A program made the translations under genes and the position numbers. From the NCBI GenBank assembly GCA_963977415.1, contig CAXBOS010000007.1, positions 89,851 through 153,850 on the forward strand: a stretch of DNA of 64,000 nucleotides. Reading direction: 5' to 3'. Under the pieces are notes generated by a model that worked only from the letters and a program-made list of their open reading frames with translations, was not told where the DNA came from and did no database searches. The number at the start of each line of letters is the position of its first letter. Position 1 is the stretch's first letter. This document shows positions 46,991 through 54,987 of this stretch, piece after piece. This DNA comes from an uncultured Schleiferiaceae bacterium. GTDB lineage: Bacteria; Bacteroidota; Bacteroidia; Flavobacteriales; Schleiferiaceae.

Positions 46991-49317
46991 TGAACGAAGC
47001 AGAAACTAGAGCAGAACTTATTGACCCGAAGCTAAAAGCTTGTGGATGGGGCGTTTTAGAAGGCTCTAAAGTACTGCGTGAGCATCACATAACTGATGGT
47101 AAAATTCAATCAGGAGGTGGTCGTGGCAAAAAGATAATTGCAGATTACATCTTGGTTCATAAAGGTATTAAGCTTGCCGTAGTTGAAGCCAAAAGTGACG
47201 ATTTAGAAGTAGGCGAAGGTGTAATGCAAGCCAAGCAATATGCTGAGAAACTGCAATTAGAAACCACTTACAGTTCCAACGGAAAAGCCATTTACCAAAT
47301 CTGCATGAAAACAGGCGAAGAAGGTTTGGTGTCAGACTATTTAAGCCCCGAAGAACTTTGGAATAAAACTTTTGCCGAGCAAAACGATTGGAGAGAAAAA
47401 TTTGCAGATGTCCCCTTTGAAGATAAAAGTGGAACTTGGCAATTGCGTTACTATCAAGAAATAGCGGTTCAGCGTGCGCTTGAAGTCATAGCAGCGGGAA
47501 CAGATAGACTACTACTGACACTTGCAACTGGAACAGGAAAAACGGCCATCGCTTTTCAAATTGCATGGAAGCTGTTTCAAACCCGTTGGAGCTTGCAAAG
47601 AGACGGCAGTCGCAGACCAAGAATTTTGTTTTTAGCAGACAGAAACATTTTAGCTAATCAAGCATTCAACTCATTTTCATCATTTCCCGAAGATGCTTTG
47701 GTACGGATTAAGCCCAGTGAGATTAAGAAAAAAGGAAGAGTGCCAACTAATGGCAGTATCTTCTTTACTATTTTTCAAACTTTCATGAGCGGTACGGATG
47801 AAGAAGGAAAACCAGCACCCTATTTTGGAGAATATCCCAAAGACTATTTTGATTTCATCATTATTGACGAGTGCCATCGTGGCGGAGCAAATGATGAGAG
47901 TAATTGGCGGGGTATTTTGGAGTATTTCAGCCCTGCAGTGCAATTGGGTTTAACCGCTACACCCAAGCGAGATGACAATGTGGACACCTACAAATACTTT
48001 GGCGAACCTGTTTACATCTATTCACTAAAAGAAGGCATCAATGATGGTTTCTTGACGCCTTTCAAAGTAAAGCGCATCAAAACCACTTTAGACGATTACC
48101 GCTACACTTCTGATGACACCATTGTGGAAGGTGAAATTGAAGAAGGCAAATTGTATGAAGAAAAAGACTTTAATCGAAGCATTGAAATTGTAGAACGGGA
48201 AGCTAAGCGAGTAAACGTTTTCTTGGAAGAAGCAAACCAAGACGAAAAGTCCATCATATTTGGAGCAAATCAAGCTCATGCGGCTTTGCTAAGAGATTTA
48301 GTAAACCAAAATGCTAAAAGCAAAGACCCTTTTTATTGTGTTCGTGTAACTGCCAATGATGGAGAAGAAGGCGAAAGACTATTACGCGAATTTCAGGATA
48401 ACGAAAAGACCTTACCAACCATTTTGACAACTTCGCAAAAGCTTTCAACGGGAGTAGATGCGCGGAACATTCGCAATATCGTTTTGCTTCGCCCAGTTAA
48501 TTCAATGATTGAGTTCAAGCAGATAGTTGGTCGTGGCACTCGCCTATTTGACGGCAAAGAGTTTTTCACCATTTATGATTTTGTAGATGCTTACAAACAC
48601 TTTTCAGACCCTGAGTGGGATGGAGAACCTTTAGAGCCTGAACCTAAAGAACCTAAAGCTTATCCAACTCCTGAGACTAAAGACAAACCAGATGTTGAAG
48701 ATCGTGATGACCTTAGACCCAAAAAGAAAAAAGCTCGGGTAAAACTGAGAGATGGAAAGGAAAGGACTATCCAACATACCGTTCAAACTTCATTTTGGAG
48801 TGCGGATGGTAAACCTATCTCCGCAGAAGAGTTTTTGAATAATCTATTTGGAGAACTCCCCAAGCTATTCGCAAACGAAGAAGAGTTGCGGAAGCTTTGG
48901 AGCAATCCTCTCACGAGAAAAACATTATTAGAAAAATTGGATGCCGCAGGCTTTCCAAAAGACGATTTACTGACTTTACAGAAGTTAGTGGACATGGACA
49001 AAAGCGATTTGTATGACGTGTTAGAGTACGTTTTCAATGGCGACTATATCGCGATGACTCGAGAAGCCAGAGCAAAGGCAGCAGAAGCGACCATATTTGC
49101 TCTACTCAATGACAAACAGAAAGAATTTCTTGCCTTCGTTTTAAGTAAATACGTTGAAACAGGCGTTGATGAACTCGACCAAGAGAAACTCCCAATCTTG
49201 CTAACCAACAAGTACCAGTCACTAGAAGATGCCAAAGAAATATTAGGAGACGTAGCAAATATCAGTCGATTGTTTATTGACTTTCAGGAGCATTTATACA
49301 ATCAGAAAGTCGCGTAA
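46990..49317 (+). CDS. hsdR: Type I restriction endonuclease, R subunit (EcoEI-like C-terminal domain)
   Basis: It has the N-terminus MNEAETRAELIDPKL, the nuclease motif DYILV...VVEAK, the helicase motifs TGTGKT, DECHRG and LTATP, and the C-terminal FLAFVLSKYVETGVDELD. Confidence 0.9.
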   Translation: MNEAETRAELIDPKLKACGWGVLEGSKVLREHHITDGKIQSGGGRGKKIIADYILVHKGIKLAVVEAKSDDLEVGEGVMQAKQYAEKLQLETTYSSNGKAIYQICMKTGEEGLVSDYLSPEELWNKTFAEQNDWREKFADVPFEDKSGTWQLRYYQEIAVQRALEVIAAGTDRLLLTLATGTGKTAIAFQIAWKLFQTRWSLQRDGSRRPRILFLADRNILANQAFNSFSSFPEDALVRIKPSEIKKKGRVPTNGSIFFTIFQTFMSGTDEEGKPAPYFGEYPKDYFDFIIIDECHRGGANDESNWRGILEYFSPAVQLGLTATPKRDDNVDTYKYFGEPVYIYSLKEGINDGFLTPFKVKRIKTTLDDYRYTSDDTIVEGEIEEGKLYEEKDFNRSIEIVEREAKRVNVFLEEANQDEKSIIFGANQAHAALLRDLVNQNAKSKDPFYCVRVTANDGEEGERLLREFQDNEKTLPTILTTSQKLSTGVDARNIRNIVLLRPVNSMIEFKQIVGRGTRLFDGKEFFTIYDFVDAYKHFSDPEWDGEPLEPEPKEPKAYPTPETKDKPDVEDRDDLRPKKKKARVKLRDGKERTIQHTVQTSFWSADGKPISAEEFLNNLFGELPKLFANEEELRKLWSNPLTRKTLLEKLDAAGFPKDDLLTLQKLVDMDKSDLYDVLEYVFNGDYIAMTREARAKAAEATIFALLNDKQKEFLAFVLSKYVETGVDELDQEKLPILLTNKYQSLEDAKEILGDVANISRLFIDFQEHLYNQKVA

Positions 49318-49553
49318 CAACCTAATAACCAGTAAAATTCAAACACATTACAATCCTAGTTCTAACGGAAATAAAAAGCTAATCCTAACTCAGGATGATT
49401 AACACTAGTGTGGTTTTAATAGAAAGTAGTAGCGAAGCCAAGCATGGAGCAGAACAGAAGGGAGTAATGAGCTGCAAAGCGACTTAATGCCTGATTGGGA
49501 GCGATGGAAAATGAGGTTGGATTTGTTTGCGGTTTAGAATTATTTCATGAAAA

Positions 49554-50375
49554 CTAAAAGCTAAAGGATAGCTCACTTCTTGAAGAATCGTCCCATATGA
49601 ATTTCCACTTTATTATTGAATCTTTGGGACGATTGCGATTCTGTTCAACCACTCCAACTCTTAGCAGGTCAAGATGGTATTTATGTTCGTGCTTTTTTAC
49701 TTTAAATAATGACACAGCTCGGCAAAAAAGATTTTTATCGACATATTCTGCCTTTAGACCAAAGTTGATTAGTCTTAATTTTGATCCAACACTTGGATAT
49801 GCTATTGCATCCATATTCTCACCATGAAGCAATATTTTTGTAAAAGCGATTGTATGCAAGTACTCCTCTAACGTTTCTGAATCTGCCCTTTTCGTAAAAA
49901 ACGTTGTAATCTGTTTTTCAATCTGCTCATCTCTTGAGGTCGGAAATTCGTATTTAGACATTAGTTCTCGAAAATTAGGATTTTGCCTTAACAGAGGTAT
50001 TCCTGCAAATTGGCATGTAGCAATTTCAGCATCTTTTTTAGGTGCGAAATCTCCAACGAGAAGGAAATCACCATCCTTTGGGTTCAATTCATGAACAGTA
50101 GCTTCAAGCGAGTTAGAACCATAAAATAAACTTTCACCATAAAAATGACACCTTCCTATCGTTTGGGATTCAAAGTCCAAAAATGATTGATCACGGTACC
50201 AAATAGATGAAACGCTATTTATGGTGGGAATTTCTGACGCTGAAATAACTCTAGATCTAAATATGCCTTCAAAGTTATTTAACCAAGTCATGGGTCTGTT
50301 GTGGCCTATAATCGCATCAGCATAATAGGCGTGCAATTCATCTAGAGCTTGCTTCTCTTTTTCTCTTGCTTTCAT
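49554..50375 (-). CDS. RES-domain protein (putative NAD+-targeting toxin), no cognate Xre antitoxin gene adjacent
   Basis: It has GRCHFYGESLFYGSNSLEATVHEL (R75, E96) and YLHTIAFTKILL...MDAIAYPSVGS...INFGL (S195), which fits the R-E-S pattern. Confidence 0.55.
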   Translation of the reverse strand: MKAREKEKQALDELHAYYADAIIGHNRPMTWLNNFEGIFRSRVISASEIPTINSVSSIWYRDQSFLDFESQTIGRCHFYGESLFYGSNSLEATVHELNPKDGDFLLVGDFAPKKDAEIATCQFAGIPLLRQNPNFRELMSKYEFPTSRDEQIEKQITTFFTKRADSETLEEYLHTIAFTKILLHGENMDAIAYPSVGSKLRLINFGLKAEYVDKNLFCRAVSLFKVKKHEHKYHLDLLRVGVVEQNRNRPKDSIIKWKFIWDDSSRSELSFSF

Positions 50376-50533
50376 ATTTTAATTTTGCATAAAAATAACT
50401 ACCACATAGATTATCTGGCTTAAATGATCGGTATAACAGGTTATAACGAACAAGATTTTAGCTCAGGAAGCATCTAGACACCAAAAGTCAGCAAACGAAC
50501 ACAAAAAAAGTAGAAGCGAGTAGTATGATGCTC

Positions 50534-51985
50534 TTACTCAACATGCAGCTTGGGCGTAAATCCTAACACCTCATTAAATTTAATACTGACAGCCGCTTTA
50601 ACTTCTTCTGCCATCGATTGCGGCACTAAAAATGAGTCGTGAATGGTGAATATAGGCATGTCAGTAAACTCTTCTTGTAGGTGTGGTACCAAGTGCTCGA
50701 AAACCAATTTAGATTCAATAGACTGCATCATGTGGGCTAACTTATTTGGGGCCTTACGCTTGATAATATCAAAAAGGTGCACCACGTTAGGGAATGCTCT
50801 TACAAATAGTTTCTTCTCAATTGATAGTCTTTTTCTCCCCTCTGTCGGGAAACCAAAAAAAGCTGTGAAGATTGTGGCTTTAATTATCTTTCGATCAACT
50901 TCAGTTAACCCTAACCTTTCTGCAAAATATTCATAAAACTTCCCTTCTCGTGTAGTGTTCACAAAGCTCTGTATGTCTTCACTGTAAAGGGGTATAGCTT
51001 CTTTTGTTAAAATAAGGGTGTTAGATAAGTGGGGAGAAGAATAAGAAGAAGGTAAGTAAGAAGAGGTGAAAAGATCTTTAACGCGTTTTTTGCTATGGCT
51101 TGTTTGCCATACAGGTTGAGGATTAGAACTTAAATTTTGGGCATTTGGCATGTGATATTGCGTCTGACTAATATTTGGATGCCAAGATCTATAGTCTTGG
51201 AATCGAATCGACTTTAAATTTTTGTAATTGATGATCGAATCCGACTGCCAAAATTTTGGCTCAAACAATAACGACGATAACATGGGCTGTGAGTTAACAA
51301 AATCAATGTTACTTAGTGGTTCGCCATTCCAACGGAGAAACTGCCTTAAATCGGTACTTAAATTAGTTAGATTGGTATGCAGCCTACCATAATCATCCCA
51401 GCTACTAAAAAAGTGACCATCACGGATGTACTCTACAGAGATCTTTCGTTGTGAATACTTGTGATACGCTGTTTCAGCGTTGAGCAGTTGATCCTTTTCA
51501 AATTCTTTTTTTATAAAATCAATGGCTTCACTGTAACACATGGTCAAGCTGCCATTGAAATACTGCAGAATATCAAGATTAGTCTCTCCCTTTTGCACCT
51601 TACTTTTGATAAAATCGGTACGAATTTTCACAACTTTACTCCAAAAACGATTATCAGGCGCTTTTAATACTTCCAAATCTGTCCAGTATTTTTCTTTAAA
51701 TCGAAATTTTCGCGCTTTACTTTCACTATAGCTTGTGCACTCAATCACACCCGCCTTCAAGAAGTACTCTCTGTAGTCCTTAAAGTCTCGCACACCATAC
51801 TTTTGGAGCAATTGACTACTAATTGCAACATAGCCACTTTCTTCATCAAGATTTCTTCTCGAAACCCTCAGCGCAGTAAGCAAGTGAAGTAAATAGAGTG
51901 CTTTATCGTAGTTGAAGTTGAAATTCGGCTGATTTTCACTTATTAGCTGCTCTAATTTTAAATTATTAGGTAAAAATGTTTTCAT
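50534..51985 (-). CDS. Minimal family-A (Pol I / T7-like) nucleotide polymerase-like protein with N-terminal putative DNA-binding region
   Basis: GRLHTNLTNLSTDLRQFL compares with TGRLSSTDPNLQNIP...IRQAF. Motif A is DFVNSQPML (compare DYSQIELR), motif B is RKIIKATIFTAFFG (compare RRxAKxxNFGxxYG) and motif C is FTIHDSFLV (compare VHDE / T7 RNAP IHDSFG). Confidence 0.55.
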   Translation of the reverse strand: MKTFLPNNLKLEQLISENQPNFNFNYDKALYLLHLLTALRVSRRNLDEESGYVAISSQLLQKYGVRDFKDYREYFLKAGVIECTSYSESKARKFRFKEKYWTDLEVLKAPDNRFWSKVVKIRTDFIKSKVQKGETNLDILQYFNGSLTMCYSEAIDFIKKEFEKDQLLNAETAYHKYSQRKISVEYIRDGHFFSSWDDYGRLHTNLTNLSTDLRQFLRWNGEPLSNIDFVNSQPMLSSLLFEPKFWQSDSIINYKNLKSIRFQDYRSWHPNISQTQYHMPNAQNLSSNPQPVWQTSHSKKRVKDLFTSSYLPSSYSSPHLSNTLILTKEAIPLYSEDIQSFVNTTREGKFYEYFAERLGLTEVDRKIIKATIFTAFFGFPTEGRKRLSIEKKLFVRAFPNVVHLFDIIKRKAPNKLAHMMQSIESKLVFEHLVPHLQEEFTDMPIFTIHDSFLVPQSMAEEVKAAVSIKFNEVLGFTPKLHVE

Positions 51986-52147
51986 AAACTTTTTTACTTA
52001 TATAACGAACAAGAACAAAAAAAGTTTTTTTTTATTTCTAAAAACGCTAACTAATAAAAGAATCACCCCACCCTTAATGACGCTTGGGGGTCTATACCCC
52101 CCATGTTTAAGCTCAGCAATAGTATTAACTAAAAAATCCAAAAAATT

Positions 52148-52480
52148 ATGGTACGAGTTATTGCATACCACGAGAACACCAATCTCGCTGGTGAAAAGTT
52201 TTATTCCTTAAGTATTCAAGGTGGTATCGAAATGGTAAAATCGAAAGAGTCTGGTAATTTCTATGCGACAGCTAGAAAAACACGAATCACTACCACCTTT
52301 GATGAAGCAACTTGTCAAAGTCTAATAGGTGAAAGCCTTACTGGCTCTATTCAAAAGGTCGAATGCGAACCCTATGAATATACTGTTCCAGAAAGCGGTG
52401 AAGTCATTACGATGCACCACACCTTTACCTACATGCCTGATGAGCTTCAATCTGCTGAAGCGGCTGTCTTAGCTGACTAG
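52148..52480 (+). CDS. Hypothetical small protein (110 aa)
   Basis: This ORF is followed by a terminator hairpin. No motif was recognised. Confidence 0.4.
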   Translation: MVRVIAYHENTNLAGEKFYSLSIQGGIEMVKSKESGNFYATARKTRITTTFDEATCQSLIGESLTGSIQKVECEPYEYTVPESGEVITMHHTFTYMPDELQSAEAAVLAD

Positions 52481-52488
52481 CCATAATT

Positions 52489-52516
52489 GCACCTGCTGAA
52501 AAGTGGGTGCTTTTTC
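52489..52516 (+). terminator. Rho-independent terminator-like hairpin
   Basis: gcacct (52489-52494) pairs with gggtgc (52505-52510), followed by T5. Confidence 0.45.
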
Positions 52517-52575
52517 TTTCTATCAATTGTTAGCCTAGCTACCAAATTATATAAACCCTAATATTTTATAACAGA

Positions 52576-53415
52576 ATGAACTTACGAAAAGCTAATCGAG
52601 GGCACTCGAAAATAAAATGCGCTTTACAAGGCCCAAGTGGCTCTGGTAAAACCTATTCAGCCCTATTAATGGCTAGAGGATTATGTGATAGCTGGAATGA
52701 AGTAGTCGTTATTGATACGGAAAATAACTCCGCTGATCTGTACTCACATCTTGGTGATTACAATGTATATGATCTTAGACCACCTTTCACCCCTGAAAAC
52801 TATATTAAAGCTATTCAGGACTGCAAAAACGCTGACATGAAGGTTATCGTCATTGATTCACTTTCACACGAATGGGAGGGTTCTGGTGGTATACTTACCA
52901 CGCATAGTGCTATGGCAGGTAACTCCTTTACCAATTGGTCAAAGTTAACTCCACGTCATAATGCCTTTGTCAATACTATTTTACAAACGGACTGCCACAT
53001 TATTGGTACGCTACGCACGAAACAAGACTACGTTCTTACAGAGAAAAATGGTAAGCAAGTTCCTGAAAAAGTGGGTTTAAAATCAATAACCCGTGACGGT
53101 ATGGATTACGAATTTACTGTGGTTTTTGATTTAGATATCAAGCATCAAGCAGTTTCCTCTAAAGATCGTACTGGGCTATTTGCCAAAACGCCTCAATTTG
53201 AAATAAACACCAATACAGGTGAAATTATTCGTGCTTGGTGCGGTAAAGCTCTTACTAGCGAGGAACTGCAACTAAAGATTGATGAAACCTTTGATTTAGA
53301 AGAGCTACGACTTCTTTATAGCCAAAATCCTCAGCATCAAAACGAACTCCAAAATTATTTTTCTAAACGACGCATTGAAATTCAAGAAAATGGAAATACT
53401 ATCCCTCAAAACTAA
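52576..53415 (+). CDS. AAA_24 / Sak4-like RecA-fold ATPase (phage-type)
   Basis: It has Walker A LQGPSGSGKT and Walker B VIVIDSLSHEWEG. Its length of about 280 aa matches phage Sak4-type proteins. Confidence 0.65.
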   Translation: MNLRKANRGHSKIKCALQGPSGSGKTYSALLMARGLCDSWNEVVVIDTENNSADLYSHLGDYNVYDLRPPFTPENYIKAIQDCKNADMKVIVIDSLSHEWEGSGGILTTHSAMAGNSFTNWSKLTPRHNAFVNTILQTDCHIIGTLRTKQDYVLTEKNGKQVPEKVGLKSITRDGMDYEFTVVFDLDIKHQAVSSKDRTGLFAKTPQFEINTNTGEIIRAWCGKALTSEELQLKIDETFDLEELRLLYSQNPQHQNELQNYFSKRRIEIQENGNTIPQN

Positions 53416-54325
53416 CGAAGGCTTTATAGAAGCCAACACACAATCTATCGATCTTCCTCTTTTACAAGAGCAAACGATTATACCTGCTTTTGCAAAAGAC
53501 AACGAGTCTACTATTAGCCATATTGACTTTGTAGAAAATGTATACGAAGCAGTAAGTCACGTGTTTCCCACTGAATCCATATCTGAGCCTACTGTAAAAG
53601 TATCTCACCCTATTAGAGGCAGAGTGCCAGAAGCGAAAGGAAAGCCCGCTAAAGAGCTTCTAGAGCATGAGAAAACCCTCTATTACGAGCGTATGGCCTT
53701 CATGATTGAAATACCGAGTATACAGGCTAAAATTGGTGACGATAGAATCTCACTTAGTGTAGGTGGCGTAAGGGCTTACAACCTAGAAAACCTCTACAAC
53801 AAGAAGAGCCCTGAGAAATTTAAAATCTTTATTGGTTTTAAAAATTGGGTATGCACGAATCTATGCGTTTCCACGGATGGTTTTTTATCTGATTTAAGGG
53901 TAAGCTCTCTCCATGATCTAATGGAAAAAGCTGTAAATCTCTTTCAGTCCTTCAATATTGATCGCGAAGTGCAGCAAATGCAACAAATGCAACGCACTCA
54001 AATAGACCATGAGCAATTTGCCCACATTATTGGACGAGCAAAGCAGTATTTAAATCTACCCAAGGATTTAAAAGCTACGAAGGAAAATTTCCCTTTAGGA
54101 GACAGTCAGCTTAGCCAGATGATTCGTGAGTACTATCAAGCAGGTGATGAACCCACAATTAACCTTTGGGACTTTTACAACCTGATGACTTCTGCGAATA
54201 AAAGCAGCTATATCGACTCTCATGTAGATCGTGTGGTTGAAAGCTTTCGCTTTACTCAAAGCCTAGGGAATTCGCTAGAAAACCAACTACCCAACTGGTA
54301 CACTCATTCCATTTATAATAACTAA
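53390..54325 (+). CDS. DUF932/DUF3871-like phage/plasmid protein
   Basis: It has the motifs HPIRGRVPEA, TLYYERMAFMIEIP, LSVGGVRAYNLENLY and FKIFIGFKNWVCTNLCVSTDG. The family assignment is from memory only. It overlaps the upstream gene by 26 nt (41 nt if it starts at 53375). Confidence 0.4.
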   Translation: MEILSLKTNEGFIEANTQSIDLPLLQEQTIIPAFAKDNESTISHIDFVENVYEAVSHVFPTESISEPTVKVSHPIRGRVPEAKGKPAKELLEHEKTLYYERMAFMIEIPSIQAKIGDDRISLSVGGVRAYNLENLYNKKSPEKFKIFIGFKNWVCTNLCVSTDGFLSDLRVSSLHDLMEKAVNLFQSFNIDREVQQMQQMQRTQIDHEQFAHIIGRAKQYLNLPKDLKATKENFPLGDSQLSQMIREYYQAGDEPTINLWDFYNLMTSANKSSYIDSHVDRVVESFRFTQSLGNSLENQLPNWYTHSIYNN

Positions 54326-54327
54326 TA

Positions 54328-54558
54328 ATGCCTGATCTGCCTGTCGGGATTAGACGGACTTCTATCTTGGTTTATAAGAATAATCAGGGTTTAGTTCGTC
54401 TATTCTGCCCCTTTAAAGTAATAGCCATGCTAGCTATAAAAGGTCAATCTCCTGGAGCTAGCTTCATAGTAGAATACGTGCAGTTCAATCCCAATTTGCC
54501 CTTTTTTAAAATAGAAAATGAGCTATTACCGTGCTACTACTTCGCTATTATCATATAG
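54328..54558 (+). CDS. Hypothetical small protein (76 aa)
   Basis: This ORF starts 2 nt after the upstream stop. No motif was recognised. Confidence 0.3.
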   Translation: MPDLPVGIRRTSILVYKNNQGLVRLFCPFKVIAMLAIKGQSPGASFIVEYVQFNPNLPFFKIENELLPCYYFAIII

Positions 54559-54700
54559 GTTATGCTGTATTTCTTCATTAGCTTCTTTGAGAAGGTTTCC
54601 TATTTTAAAAAACCACTGAAAGCAAGCTATTAGAGCGGAACTCTTAAAAATCCAACAGCTCAGATAAGGAAATTTCTAAACCCTGAGCCACTTTTTATTA

Positions 54701-54740
54701 AAGCAGGTAGGATTCGCTCTGCCTGCTTTTATGTTTTCAT
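54701..54740 (+). terminator. Hairpin followed by T-rich tract
   Basis: aagcagg (54701-54707) pairs with cctgctt (54722-54728), followed by TTaTgTTTT. Confidence 0.4.
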
Positions 54741-54987
54741 TAACAACCAATACCAGCCCACTTATTTATAGAAAAAATGATAACAGATTACGATGGTAGT
54801 AGCTCTTTTAACTTGAATTGACTTTTATTTTACATGAGCACTATAATTCCGATTAGTTAGTAAAAATAGTGCGCCAGTCTTTTGAAATTAAGATATAAGT
54901 TCGAAGTCTAAAATTTAGATTGGCTCATGATTACCTAATCATTGCGGTCAACAGAAAGGAAAATAATGAATTTTAAGTGAGTACTGA

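Larger units (their letters stand above)
37991..54987. mobile_element. Integrated genomic island (integrase + excisionase-like HTH + DUF3987 protein + defence/replication cargo); right boundary not identified
   Basis: A tRNA-end remnant lies next to a tyrosine integrase. The int-xis-DUF3987 triad is typical of Bacteroidota integrative elements, and the cargo consists of R-M, toxin and phage-like genes. No second copy of the 20-nt core was seen in the intergenic regions up to 54987. Confidence 0.55.
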
